Shown piece by piece: positions 40,688 through 53,905 of a DNA stretch of 64,000 nucleotides. The stretch is from Octopus vulgaris. Lineage: Eukaryota. Each line of letters starts with the position of its first letter. Position 1 is the first letter of the stretch. The translations under genes and the position numbers were made by a program. The notes under the pieces were generated by a model. That model was not told the DNA's origin, searched no databases, and saw nothing but the letters and a program-made list of their open reading frames with translations. The DNA lies in assembly GCA_951406725.2 (NCBI GenBank), contig OX597814.1:4898001-4962000 (forward strand), written 5' to 3'.

Positions 40688-41392
40688 ATCATCATCATCA
40701 TCATCATCATCGTTTAACGTCCGCTTTCCATGCTAGCATGGGTTGGACGGTTCAACTGGGGTCTGGGAAGCCCGAAGGCTGCACCAGGCCAGTCAGATGT
40801 GGCAGTGTTTCTACAGCTGGATGCCCTTCCTAACGCCAACCACTCCGAGAGTGTAGTGGGTGATTTTATGTGCCACCGACACAGGTGCCAGACGAGGCTG
40901 GCAGACGGCCACGCTCGGATGGTGTTTTTTATGTGCCACCGACACAGGTGCCAGACGAGGCTGGCAGACGGCCACGCTCGGATGGTGTTTTCTTATGTGT
41001 CACCGACACAGGTGCCAGACGAAGCTGGCGGACGGCCACGCTCGGATGGTGTTTGTTACGTGCCCTCAGCACGGAGGCCAGTCATTGCGGTACTGGCTAC
41101 GGTCACGTTCGGATGGTTTTCTTATGTGCCACCGGCACTGGTACCACAAGGATACAAATTCCATTGATGTTCATCTATTTTGATTTGGTTCGATTTGATT
41201 CGATACGATTCGATTTTCACTTGCCTCAACAGGTCTTCACAAGTGTCACAAGAAGGAAGGTATGCACAGGTGGACTGACTACGTCCCAGGTAGGGGCCAC
41301 GGATTATGGCTTCACTAGTCTTGCCGGGTCTTCTCACGCACAGCATACTTCCATAGGTCTCGGTCTCTAGTCATTTCCATGGTGAGACCTAA
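40688..41392 (-). mobile_element. RTE LINE 3' end in RPP40 intron 6, near-identical to 49127-49887
   Basis: Matching translated ORFs in the track; (CAT)n tail on + strand. Confidence 0.93.
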
Positions 41393-41619
41393 GTATATAC
41401 ATTGTATATACTTCAACTAGTACATATGCAATAAATAGTCACAAAATCTTTCATTCAGTATACATTCAATTACTAATAAATTAAATACCATACAAAGTTG
41501 TGTGTGTGTGTGTGTGTGTGTGGAGAGAGAGAGGGAGAGAGAGAGAGAGAGTAGGCTTGAAACGTAAAAGACTTTCTCACCTTACACCTGTCTTCGTCTT
41601 TAGTTTTTCTGTAAATTTC

Positions 41620-41656
<37 letters not shown>

Positions 41657-41922
41657 TGTGTGTGTGTGTGTGTGTGTAAACAGGGGAGCTAACTGTCCGA
41701 CAGTGAGTGAGATCTTCCTAGCTGAGATACGGTCGAAGGAAGTTCCAAAGAAACAGCTGCCCAGCATTTGCAGACAATGAAGGAACCACAAAGCTGTTTA
41801 AAATGGTAAAACCACAACCATGGTTACAATGGAAGCCAGAACCATGGAAAACACCAAGATTATGAAGGGAAACAAATAAAGAATCGGAGGAAAATGTGGA
41901 CAGAATTATTCTGGATACTTAC

Positions 41923-42130
41923 TCTTGGCAATCTGAGGACACAGAACCCAGCCAATCAAAAAATTCTTGGAAATCACATGATTCTATACTTGAATGTGGT
42001 TGGCTGCTGGCCACTATTGGAACTTTCAAACCAGTTCTCGTTTTTGACTCCTTTTTTAATCCAGCAGTGACCGTCCGGTAATTATTTTGTTTGAAATATT
42101 CCGCAAGAGATGAAGACAGAATGTCATCGT
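41923..42130 (-). CDS. RPP40: RPP40 exon 6 (DDDILSSSLAEYF...EFFDWLGSVSSDCQ)
   Basis: Acceptor tcttccccAG, donor GTAAGT, 208 nt, phase 1->2; conserved ELFDWLGAV-like motif. Confidence 0.92.
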
Positions 42131-42494
42131 CTGGGGAAGAAAGAAACAAGAAAATAAAAAATCGTTTACAAAACAATGCCATCATCATCATCATTATCGT
42201 GTGTGTGTGTGTACCTTGATACTGTGTGGTGAGATCCCTAGTGACAGCCCCCTGATGTTTAAAATAAAGTGTCAACACTTATGCAAATGAGCATCACCAG
42301 TTTTCTGGAGCTACTGTAATTGTTAAATATATGAACTGATTGGCTGCTTGCTTTTTCTGGGATTGGTCAAATTGATGGAGATGTCACTGATGAGAGTTCA
42401 ATAAGATATGAAAATCAATTAAGGTTGTTTATCCTTTTTTCGTTTTTCAATCTGCAGAGAAACAGCTAAATTAGCCCTGTTTATAAACCTACTA

Positions 42495-43310
42495 CATCAT
42501 AATCATCATCATCATCGTTTAACGTCCGTTATCCGCGCTAGCATGGGTTGGACGGTTCAACTGGGGTCTGGGAAGCTAGGGGCTGCACCAGGCTCCAGTC
42601 TGATCTGGCAGTGTTTCTACAGCTGGATGCCCTTCCTAACGCCAACCACTCCACGAGTGTAGTGGGTACTTTTTACGTGCCACCTGCACAGGTGCCAGGG
42701 AGGTCTGGCATCGGCCACGTTCGGATGGTGCTTTTTATGTGCCACCGGCACGGAAGCCAGCCAAGGCGGTGCTGGCATCGGCCACATTCGGATGGTGCTT
42801 TTTATGTGCCACCGGCACAGAAGCCAGTCGAGGTGGTGGGTTACATATACATGTTGAAATGGTTAGCACTCTGGACTCTGAATCTAAGAGTGTAGTGGGT
42901 GCTTTTTACATTCCACTGGCACAGGAGCCAGTCAGATGACACTGGCATCAACCATGCTTACATGCCAGCAGCACAGGTGCCGTCAGGCGGCACTAGCATC
43001 AGTCAAGTGGCACTGGCATCAACCATGCTCACATGCCAGCAGCACAGGTGCCGTCAGGCGGCACTGGCATCGATCACGCTCAAATGGTGCTTTTTACATA
43101 CTACCAGCACGAAATCATCATCATCATCATCGTCGTTTAACATCCGTTCTCCATGCTAGCATGGGTTGGACGGTTCGACCGGGGTTCTGGGAAGCCAGAA
43201 GGCTGCACCAGGCTCCAGTCTAATCTGGCAATGTTTCTACAGCTGGATGCCCTTCCTAACGCCAACCACTCCGTAAGTGTAGTGGGTGCTTTTTACGTGC
43301 CACCTGCACA
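42495..43310 (-). mobile_element. Cluster of RTE-tail / RTE-dependent SINE copies (others near 33880, 36310, 36845, 45975, 46780, 47180, 51145, 51550, 52998, 59900)
   Basis: Shared (CAT)n-cgtttaacgtccg...ctacagctggatgcccttcctaacgccaaccact block. Confidence 0.85.
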
Positions 43311-43406
43311 TTAAAATGTGGACATTAAAACAATGATGATGGTAATGATATTGTTGATGATGATAATGATGATGATGATATTTCTAAGAGATAAAGTGAA
43401 GGAAGG

Positions 43407-43835
43407 GTAGACAGGAGTGGCTGTGTGGTAGGTAGCTTGCTAACCAACCACATGGTTCCGGGTTCAGTCCCAGTGCGTGGCACCTTGGGCAAGTGTCTTC
43501 TACTATATCCTCATGCCGACCAAAGCCTTGTGAGTGGATTTGGTAGACGGAAACTGAAAGAAGCCTGTCGTATATATGTATATATATATATATATATATA
43601 TGTATATGTGTGTGTGTTTGTGTGTCTGTGTTTGTCCCCCCCAAAATCGCTTGACAACCGATATTGGTGTGTTCATGTCCCTGTAACTTAGCGGTTCGGC
43701 AAAAGAGACTGATAGAATAAGTACTGGGCTTACAAAGAATAAGTCCCAGGGTCGATTTGCTCGACTAAAGGCGGTGCTCCAGCATGGCCACAGTCAAATG
43801 ACTGAAACAAGTAAAAGAGTAAAGAGTAAAGAGTA
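43407..43835 (+). mobile_element. SINE family A abutting the RPP40 exon 5 donor
   Basis: Tail ends 3 nt from the exon boundary. Confidence 0.9.
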
Positions 43836-43838
43836 TAC

Positions 43839-43964
43839 CTGGAGGAATCCAACATGCCAACATATTGAACTTCAAATTCAATCGATCTGTAAAACACCAT
43901 TTGACTCTTTCGTAGAACTTTTTACCAGAAACAAAGTTTGGATCCAAAAGAGGAATGGTTACCA
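43839..43964 (-). CDS. RPP40: RPP40 exon 5 (VVTIPLLDPNFVSGKKFYERVKWCF...ACWIPP)
   Basis: Acceptor tgttgcAG, donor GTATAC, 126 nt; resembles human KKYERISWSF...FLLAW. Confidence 0.92.
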
Positions 43965-45276
43965 CTGCAACATAAGATTGCATTAAGATTAATTAACCTC
44001 TTCGTTACTTTCTTTCAATTAATTTTAAATATAGCAAAGAATTTAGTAAAAAGACTTCGTTATCATTCAGCTGGTGTTAGGAACATAAATTGTGACTAAG
44101 GTTTGGTGGAAGATTTTAATTCAGAACTTATGAAAACAAGACATTTGTACTACAGAGCCAGAGGTGGTTTCAGCCAGGTTGGTATCAAAAGGGCTAAGAA
44201 TTGTTACTCTATTATATATTTTAACCCTTTTGTTACCGTATTTCTGTTGAGATGCTCTGTGTTTCTTTCAATTACTTTTATATATAACAAAGAATTTAGT
44301 AAAATAACTTATTAAGCTAGTGTTGGGAACATAAATTGTGACTAAGGTTTGGTGGAAGATTTTAATTCAAAACTTTGTGCCAGTTGATGAGAGGTTAATA
44401 ATAGAGGGAGGAAGAGAGGGGAGGGGGTCTTGCTGTAGAAGAGATACGAGGACGTACCAGTTGGGAAAGGAAGGCGAGAAGGAGATGGAGAGTATGGGAG
44501 AGATGGTGGTGAATAAGTGTCGGGAAATACCCTTGGGGCACAGTGGGGTGGGGTGGGGTGAATATAGGTAAAGTGATAGAGAGGATTGAACTGGGTGGGT
44601 GGTCAGTGGGGACAGAGGGGAAAGTTTCATAAGAATGTGAGGAGAGATGGTTAGAGATGGAGAGTGTGAAGATGAAAGATGTAAGAGTAAGGGGTTGTTA
44701 GATGTGTAGGAGCAATGAGAGTAACAGAGGATAAAGGAGGTGTTGTGTGGGTGTGTGGGTGTGGGTGGGTGTGTACCATTGTCTTGGTTGGTTGGTTTCT
44801 CCAGTTACTTCTTTACATTATATGAAGAGAGTAAAAGAGAGAGAAAGAGAGCGCTAACATAAGAGATGCAGGATGTGTGCACATACTAGGCTTGATGGCA
44901 GGTAATGAGTAGAGAAATGCCACACACAGGGAGAGAGAGAAGGAATCATAGTTAAGAGGAGGAGGTAAATGGGTAGTTGAGGGGGGAGTTATACAAACGA
45001 GAAATTTATTTTCTTAAGTTTATTTTAAAGCAATAAATATTTTTTCTTTTGAAAATTAATATCCATTTCATTATTTTGTATAGACACGAAAAAATTTTAT
45101 AAAAAGTTAAATTATAATTATGGTACGTTTGACATATTTCCTGATATTAACCATTGTGGCAAAAAGTTCCAAAAACAGTTTACCTGCCATACAACGGGTA
45201 ACACTGTAGAGATATAATAAGTGGAAAGTGGGGAGAGTCAAGGGCGGAGAGGATATGAATGCTGAAGTAAACTCAC

Positions 45277-45372
45277 CAAATTTGTTGTGTCCATGTTTAA
45301 TGAACTTTGACCTCTTCCCATCGAGACCCAAACTTTCGTACGTCTCCTTCGTTACATTCAACACAAGTTTGC
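45277..45372 (-). CDS. RPP40: RPP40 exon 4 (GKLVLNVTKETYESLGLDGKRSKFIKHGHNKF)
   Basis: Acceptor ttttctcgaAG, donor GTGAGT, 96 nt; resembles human GKLILSLDKDTYEETGLQG. Confidence 0.93.
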
Positions 45373-45781
45373 CTTCGAGAAAAGAAAATCATTTAATTAA
45401 TTATTTAATTGATAATTACAACAGGTGCAGGCATGGCTGTGGGGTTAAGAAGTTCAGTTCCCAGCCACATGGCTTCAGGTTCAGTCCCACTGTGTGGTAC
45501 GTTGGGCAAGTACCTTCTACTACAGCCCCAAACTGACCAAACCCTTCTGAAAGGATTTTGTGGATGGAAACTGAAAGAAGCCATTAGACCTATGGATGGA
45601 CAAAAAGACAGACAGACAGACGCAGTGTGGGTAAGCACAGGCATAGCTGTGTACCTAAGAAGCTTGCTTCCCAACTCTCTGATTTGGGGTTCAGTCCCAC
45701 TGTGCAGCACCTTGAGCCCTGGGCAACCAAATCCTTATGAGTGGATTCAGTGGACAGAAACTGAAAAGAAGCCCATTGTAT

Positions 45782-45819
<38 letters not shown>

Positions 45820-47599
45820 ATATGTGTGTTTGCCCTTGCCTTGACACCATGTGATGGTTGTAAAGAAACATCACTACCATACAAGCAATGTTGTTTGTTC
45901 ATCATCATCATCATCATCATGGTGATGGTGGTGGTGGTGGTGATGATGATGATGATGATTATGATGATGATGATGATTTAGCATCCATTTTCTATGTTGG
46001 CATGAGTTAGATGGTTTGACCAGAACTGGTCATCCGAAAAGCTGCACCAGGCTCCAGCCTGGTTTGGTTTGGTTCCCACAGTTGGTTTCCAACACCAACC
46101 ACTCTACAGAGTGGACAGGGTGCCTTCTACCTGTCAGCAACACAGGTACCTTTTACGTGTCACTGGCACTGGCCATGACTATGATTCCACTTAGCTTGAT
46201 GGGTCTTCTCAAACACAGCAAATCACCAAGGGTCTTGGTCACTTGTCATCAACTCCGTGAGACACAACATCCGAGATCATATTTCACCACCTCATCCCAC
46301 ATCTTCCTGGGCCTACCTATACCCCCACTTCTTTACGCAGCTGTCCTCATTACTTACCCAAACCAGCAGAGTCTTCTCTGATGAGAAAGTAAGGGACCCG
46401 ATGAGAGGTTTCCCACATCATGATAAATGCCAAATACAGTAATTTGCTTTTGGATAACCAAGTGAGGTCCGTAGTCGAGGCCGATGCCAGTGTCACGTAA
46501 CTGACCCATTAAAAGCGCCCGCCAACCGTTGGGCGATATGTTGTGCTTGTGAAGACCTGTCGAGCCAAGTGAAATCACATTCGTGACCGATGCCAGAACT
46601 GTCTGATGGGCACCTGTGCCAGTAGCACGTAAAAAGTACCATTCAAGCGTCGGGCCTCATGGAGGCAGTAACAGTTGAATAAGATGATTGGCAATATACC
46701 GTGCTTGTGTTGATCTGTCAAGCCAAGAGCTGGTGTCAGGCCAATGACGCCTCTGGGCCAGTGGCACGTAAAAGGTATCCACTACACTCTGTTAAGTGGT
46801 TGGTGTTAGGAAGAGCATCCAGCTGTAGAAACCTTGCCAAATCAGATCGGAACCTGGTGCAGCTCCCTGGCTTACAAGTTCTCAGTCAAACTGTCCAACC
46901 CATGCCAGCAATGGAAACAGATGTTAAATGGTGGTGATGATGATGATGACTTCTGCAGTTGCTTTACTATCAGGATAGCATTACTCATGTTTCTGCTAAG
47001 TATAAAGCCAAACGTCATCTCGTTTAGGTTAACTCATTTCGTAATTAGTTGAGCTGATGACTGTTTCTGTAATTTTCATGACCGGGTCCAGCAATTTGAT
47101 GCCTCTGGAATGGCTTCTGTGGAAGGCATCACCTTTGCCTTTGTAGCAGCTGACTATAATGCTGCTACACCAGATGTACCGGAACAACGGCACATAAAAA
47201 GCACCAACCAATCGTGGTCGTTGCCAGCCTCCCCTGGCACCTGTGCCGGTGGCACGTAAAAAGCGCACACCACACTCACGGTGTGGTTGACATTAGGAAG
47301 GGCATCCAGCTGTAGAAACTCTGCCAGATCAAGACTGGAGCCTGGTGCAGCCATCTGGCTCGCCAGCCCTCAGTCAAACCGTCCAACCCATGCTAGCATG
47401 GAAAGCAGACGTTAAACGATGCTGATGATGTAACCAGGCCATATTCTATTCCACCAGATTTTTTGAGCATCTTCGTAATCACACACACACAAGATATTGT
47501 GTTGTTGATTCTCTGACCAAAAATATTAGGTGAACAAATGAGAGGAGACAGAGGTGGCTGAGAAACAACACCAATCTTAAATGATTTGTAAAAACTCAC

Positions 47600-47668
47600 C
47601 AGGGGGCAGTAATGCTATACAGTCTTGAGTATCAATATTTGTACCATGGGACATCATATACAGTTGAC
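47600..47668 (-). CDS. RPP40: RPP40 exon 3 (GQLYMMSHGTNIDTQDCIALLPP/G)
   Basis: Not in the ORF track; acceptor gttttcAG, donor GTGAGT, 69 nt, phase 1->1; resembles human NTHIDEDNTVALLPNG. Confidence 0.92.
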
Positions 47669-47679
47669 CTGAAAACACA

Positions 47680-47711
<32 letters not shown>

Positions 47712-47746
47712 CATTACTATTATCATTATTATTATTTTTATTATTA

Positions 47747-47786
<40 letters not shown>

Positions 47787-48025
47787 ATTATTAAAGGTGG
47801 CAAGCTGGCAGAATTGTTAGCACGCTGGACAAAATGCTTAGCAGTATTTCACCCATCACTATGTTCTGAGTTCAAATTCCGCCAAGGTCGACTTAGCCTT
47901 TCATCCTTTCAGGGTCAATAAAATAAGTACCAGTCATGCACTGGGGTCAATGTAATCAACTAGTCCCCTCCCCTAAAGTTTCAGGCTTTGTGCCTTCAAT
48001 AGAAAGGATTACTATTATTATTATT

Positions 48026-49887
48026 ATGAGGTCAATGAGGAAACTAGGGATAGATGAATGGCTGGTGAGGGCTGTGCAAGCCATGTACAGAGATGCCGTA
48101 AGTAAGGTTAGGGTTGGCAACATGTACACAGAAGAATTCAAAGTAGAGGTTGGGGTCCACCAGGGTTCAGTACTCAGCCCCCTCCTATTTATCATAGTCC
48201 TCCAGGCAATTGTGGAGGAATTCAAGACAGGATGCCCCTGGGAGCTCCTCTATGCTGACGACCTTGCTCTAATTGCTGAGTCACTATCAGAACTGGAGGA
48301 GAAGTTCCAGGTGTGGAAGGAGGGTTTAGAATCGAGGGGCCTTAGAGTCAACCTAGCTAAAACCAAAGTACTAATAAGTAGAAAGGTAGACAATCCACAA
48401 ATATCCTCAGGAAGATGGCCCTGCTCGATCTGTAGAAAAGGTGTAGGTAGAAACTCTATAAGATGTACCCAGTGTAAGCTATGGACACATAAGAGGTGCA
48501 GCAATGTCAAAGGTAGGCTAACTGGGAAGATAGTTTTTGTATGTGGCAGATGCTCTGGAGCATTGACCTCCGAAAATCTGCAGAAAACAACTTCCGTCAC
48601 TTTCCGGGGGGAAAAACTAGAAGTAGTTGATAGCTTCCGCTATCTTGGTGACCAAGTCAGTAGTGGGGGTGGGTGTGCTGAGAGTCTAACTGCTAGAATA
48701 AGAATAGCCTGGGCAAAGTTTAGGGAGCTCTTACCTCTGCTGCTGACTAAAGGCCTCTCGCTCAGAGTAAAAGGCAGACTGTATGATGCATGAGTACGAA
48801 CAGCTATGCTACATGGCAGTGAAACATGGGCCGTGACTGCTGAGGACATGCGTAAGCTTGTGTGGAATGAAGCCAGTATGCTCCGATGGATGTGTAATGT
48901 CAGTGTACTTACTCGACAGAGCGTTAGTACCTTGAGAGAAATGTTGTACCTAAGAAGCATCAGTTGTGGTGTGCAAGAGAGACGATTGCACTGGTATGGT
49001 CATGTGGCGAGAATGGATGAAGATAGGTGTGTGAGAAAGTGCCAATCCCTAGCAGTTGAGGGAACCCGTGGAAGAGGTAGACCCAGGAAAACCTGGGACA
49101 AGGTGGTGAAGCACGAACTTTGGACGTTAGGTCTCACCATGGAAATGACTAGAGACCAAGACCTATGGAAGTATGCTGTGCGTGAGAAGACCCGGCAAGA
49201 CTATTGAAGCCATAACCCGTGGCCCCTACCTGGGACGTAGTCAGTCCACCTGTGCATACCTTCCTTCTTGTGACACTTGTGAAGACCTGTTGAGGCAAGT
49301 GAAAATCAAAATCAAATCAAATCAAACCAAATCAAAATAGATGAACATCAATGGAATTTGTATCCTTGTGGTACCAGTGCCGGTGGCACATAAGAAAACC
49401 ATCCGAACGTGACCGTAGCCAGTACCGCATCGACTGGCCTCCGTGCTGTGGGCACGTAACAAACACCATCCGAGCATGGCCGTTCGCCAGCCTCGTCTGG
49501 CACCTGTGTCAGTGGCACATAAGAAAACACCATCCGAGCGTGGCCGTCTGCCAGCCTCGTCTGGCACCTGTGTCGGTGGCACATAAAAAACACCATCCGA
49601 GCGTGGCCGTCTGCCAGCCTCGTCTGGCACCTGTGTCAGTGGCACATAAAAAACACCATCCGAGCGTGGCCGTTCGCCAGCCTCGTCTGGCACCTGTGTC
49701 GGTGGCACATAAAATCACCCACTACACTCTCGGAGTGGTTGGCGTTAGGAAGGGCATCCAGCTGTAGAAACACTGCCAGATCTGACTGGCCTGGTGCAGC
49801 CTTCGGGCTTGCCAGACCCCAGTTGAACCGTCCAACCCATGCTAGCATGGAAAGCGGACGTTAAACGATGATGATGATGATGATGAT
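48026..49887 (+). mobile_element. 5'-truncated RTE LINE (RT with Cys-rich insert, 3' UTR with internal tandem repeats) in RPP40 intron 2
   Basis: GVHQGSVLSPLLF, LLYADD, FRYLG, GRGRPRKTW; stop at 48791-48793; (GAT)n tail. Confidence 0.95.
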
Positions 49888-50697
49888 TATTATAATCATT
49901 ATTATTATTATTATTATTGTTATTGTTATTATTATTAAAATATTTCAATTTTTATTAATATTTAGCAGAAGTAGCAGAGTGATTCAAAGTCCAAGAGTTT
50001 CCTGTGTTGGCATTTACCAAAGTTGATAATTGCCAATGCATGAAACTCTCAGACCTCGAGTCACTCTGTTATTTCTGCTAAATATTAATAAAAAATATAC
50101 AGTCAGTCTCTCTTTCTCTCTCTCTGTCCTTCTCGTTTCTATCTATCTTGGCTGCTATTTCTTGCAATCAAGTTACCCATGTCTTTCCCTATTTTGCAAT
50201 GATTTCTCCGGCACTCAAGTCCCTTTCTCTGTCCTTCACATTTCTATCTGTCTTGGCTGCTATTTCATGCAATCAAGTTATCCTCTTGTCCACTTCTGTG
50301 GACAAGAGGATAACTTATAAAAACCCCTTTCGTCCCTATGGCACCTTCATTTTCACACTGCTTTGCTGTTGCTATTATTCCATGCATGACCTCTCCAACT
50401 AAGAAACCTTTCTCTTCTCTTAATCGCCCATCATTCATCTATTTTGTGTTCTTACCAACCTGACAATAATTTGATTGAAACTTTCACAATTTCAAATTCT
50501 TGAAGTTCCTCACTTTCCTTTTCACAATATTCCTTCCCTGATTCACACTCCAAGTCTTTCCTCATTTTGCAATGATTTCTCTGGCAGTCAAGTCTCTTTC
50601 TCTCTGACCTTCTCATTTCTATCTATCTCGGCTGCTATTTCATGCAACCAAGTTGTCCTCTTTACTTATTGGCAATGCACCCACCCAATCCTGCCCA

Positions 50698-50961
50698 GGA
50701 AGAGATGTACATGAGGAATGTTGAAGGGTTGGCGATGTGGTGGACAACGAAAAACCTGGCTGATGACAGTCAAGGCTGATCTGGAACCCAACCTAGGCCC
50801 CCATATCTACGGCATTCACTGCTGGAATAAGGAGTGGTTGGAGATCACGCGGTCGTTAGCCTCAAATCGCCAGGTCAGGTCAGCGCTTTTGAGAGATGCA
50901 GCATTGAGGATGAATGAAGCCAGCTCAACCCACCACGGGTGAATGCTGCTTAAGGCCAAGG
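50698..50961 (+). mobile_element. RTE-like LINE C-terminal fragment
   Basis: GGQRKTWLMTVKADL; TSD ccaatcctgccca. Confidence 0.65.
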
Positions 50962-52539
50962 CCAATCCTGCCCACCACCACCTATACTGTAAATCTCTTC
51001 ATGGCTCCACCTCGGTGCCACCACCAGTATTGGAAATCTCTCCACTGTACCTAAAGGATCTTACAGCTCTCCTTACCACCCACCATTAATCTCATCCATA
51101 TTACTCCACACACCAAAAGGAGACTGCGTTGTTATTTAGTAAATCATCATCATCATCATCATTTAACGTCTGCTTTCCATGCTGGCATGGGTTGGATGGT
51201 TTGTGTCGGGTCTGGAGAGCCAGCAGCTGTGTAAAAGCACCCAGAACATTCTGTAAAGTGGTTGGCATCAGGAAAGGTATCCAGTCATAGAAACTATACC
51301 CGAACAGACATGGTGTCTGAACAGCCCTTCAGCTGGGCAGTTCCTGCCAAACTGTTCAACCCATGCCAGCATGGAAAACGGACATTAAATGATAACAATG
51401 ATCATGATGATGATGATGATGATGATGATGATACATATATTCATATTTTGAGTTGTATTTTTCTTGTTTGCCTCACCACCATCATCATCATCATCATTTA
51501 ACATCCATCTTTCATGAAACAATGGGTTACATACCGATTAAAATATTTCATCATCCTCATCGTTTAACGTCCGTTTTCCATGCTAGCATGGGTTGGACGG
51601 TTCAACTGGGGTCTGGGAAGCCAGGAGGCTGCACCGGCCTCCTGTCTGATCTGGCAGTGTTTCTACAGCTGGATGCCCTTCCTAACGCCAACCACTCTGA
51701 GAGTGTAGTGGATGCTTTTTACATGCCAGGGGAGGCTGACAGCAGCCACGATCGGTTGATGCTTTTTACGTGCCACTGGCACAGAAGCCAGTCTTTATTA
51801 CAATTGCTCATCACCATCATTTAATGCCCATTTTGCATCCTAGCCCGACTCTGACCGGTCCAAGCACTACACCAAACTCCAATGGCTGATTTGGCATGGT
51901 TTCGGTGGCTGGATTCCCTTCCAATTGCCGACCACTTTACAGAGTGCACTGGGTGCATTTTTTTTGTGGCACCAGCACAGTGAAGTTTGCTATGCATCAG
52001 TAGGGGTCAGTGTAGACCCTGGGAGTAGAACAGGAAGTGAGGGTAGGTAAAGGTGAATAATACTTCTATGTTATAATTATCTTTAAATATCATTTATCAT
52101 ATTTAAATTCCAAATATGAAGTCATTAAAACCTTCTGTTGGTCAGTCAAGTGCCAGGCAATGAGCACTCAGGGGCACCTGTTGTTTAGTCCAGATCATGC
52201 AGAACAGACCTTTGGTGAAAGGGTTTCTAGCCCTGACCATCCTGTCTTTTGCCAAACATTAATGTGCCCTTCTTTTTTAAGATAAGAGTGTGAGTTAAGG
52301 GAAATTTAGCTGCCATTTCTAGTAGGTTAAGTAATAATGCAAAGGATCTGCCATTGGTTTATGGGTCATTCATATTGAGATCTACTGGTCAGTCTGTGCT
52401 GACAATGATGCAACAATCAAGAGTAATAATGGTCAGTTGGTCAGTTTTTATGCTGACAATAAGACAACAATCATTCTTAAACACAACCAGAAATTATAGA
52501 AACATTTGACAGAATTATTATAAATAAGGGTAGATTTAC

Positions 52540-52687
52540 CTCTTTTGCAGAAAGCTTCCAAAAAATCTGGTTCTATGAGTAAAGAAATTGGTATTCCTTT
52601 GAGGAAATATACAGTGGAACCTTTCTGTTGGAGAATATCATCAAGAGAATCTGGCAGATTGACAGCACCAGGAAGAATCAAATTCAG
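52540..52687 (-). CDS. RPP40: RPP40 exon 2 (LNLILPGAVNL...FLEAFCKR/G)
   Basis: Acceptor tgtttcAG, donor GTAAAT, 148 nt, phase 0->1; resembles human YFVKNLPLHELITPEFISTFIKKG. Confidence 0.92.
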
Positions 52688-52768
52688 CTGAAACAGGAAT
52701 AATGGTAAATGGAAACTGTGGGGAAGCCTACATAACCAATTGTTTCAAGTGATTGGATTAATGTGACA

Positions 52769-52884
52769 GAATTAATGTAATAGAATTAATGTAATAGAAT
52801 TAATGTAATAGAATTAATGTAATAGAATTAATGTAATAGAATTAATGTAATAGAATTAATGTAATAGAATTAATGTAATAGAAT
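52769..52884. repeat. 14-bp tandem repeat (AGAATTAATGTAAT)n, about 8 copies
   Basis: Direct reading. Confidence 0.95.
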
Positions 52885-53369
52885 GGACTTCTCATCAAAT
52901 CTATTTACCTGGATGAGATTTCTTTCTCTGTAAAGTAACATTATTTTACAGTTAAAAATAAAATTTAATTATTTAACAGAAGATAATTATTTCTAATCAT
53001 CATCATCATCTTCGTTTAACGTCCGCTTTCCATGCTAGCATGGGTTGGACGGTTCGACCGGGGTCTGGGAAGCCAGGAGGCTGCACCAGGCTCTGGTCTG
53101 ATCTGGCAGTGTTTCTACAGCTGGATGCCCTTCCTAACCCCAACTGCTCCGTGAGTGTAGTGGGTGCTTTTTATGTGCCACTGGCACAGGTGCCAGGGGA
53201 GTCTGGCATCGGCCACGATCGGTTGGTGCTTTTTACGTGCCACCAGCACGGAAACCAGTCGAGGTGGCACTGACAACAGCCACGTTCGGATGGTGCTTTT
53301 TATGTGCCACTTGCACTGGTATTCCATTGATTTTTTTATCAATTTCGATAGAAGATAATAATTTCTAAT

Positions 53370-53870
53370 CGATAGGCCTTAGAGTTAACCTAGCAAAAAC
53401 CAAAGTGTTAATAAGTAGGAAAGCAGACAAATCACAAATGCCTTCAGGTAGATGGCCCTGCTTGATCTGTAGAAAAGGCATAGGAAGAAACACCATAAGA
53501 TGTACCTGGTGTAAGCTATGGCCACATAAGAGGTGCAGCAATATCAGAGGACTATAATGCTGCTACCCTAATCATTAAGTATGATTGCCTAATTAATTAT
53601 ACAGGTGATCAGGTTGTACCCCAATCCACCAGAGATTTTAAGCTTCTCAGCAGTGGTCCCTGATGGGCTGGAGGCTTTCCCTGTCTTTATATCCTTAATT
53701 GTTTTACCTAGTAAACTACTGCTGATTCGAATAGTTGGCCCCTCTGTTGGATCCACACTGGGCAGGCTCCCCTTCTCCACATTTAACAGCCTTTCATTGT
53801 GGCACTTCCAAGACTCCTTCTTTGCAGAATCACTAATCTGTAGATATTCTTCCTTCTCATTAAATTCATC
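53370..53870. mobile_element. Two RTE RT-region fragments in opposite orientations
   Basis: GLRVNLAKTKVLISRK...HKRCS on +; KDIKTGKASSPSG on -. Confidence 0.75.
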
Positions 53871-53905
53871 AGTGAGGGCATCCTTATCTATTATATATAT
53901 ATATA

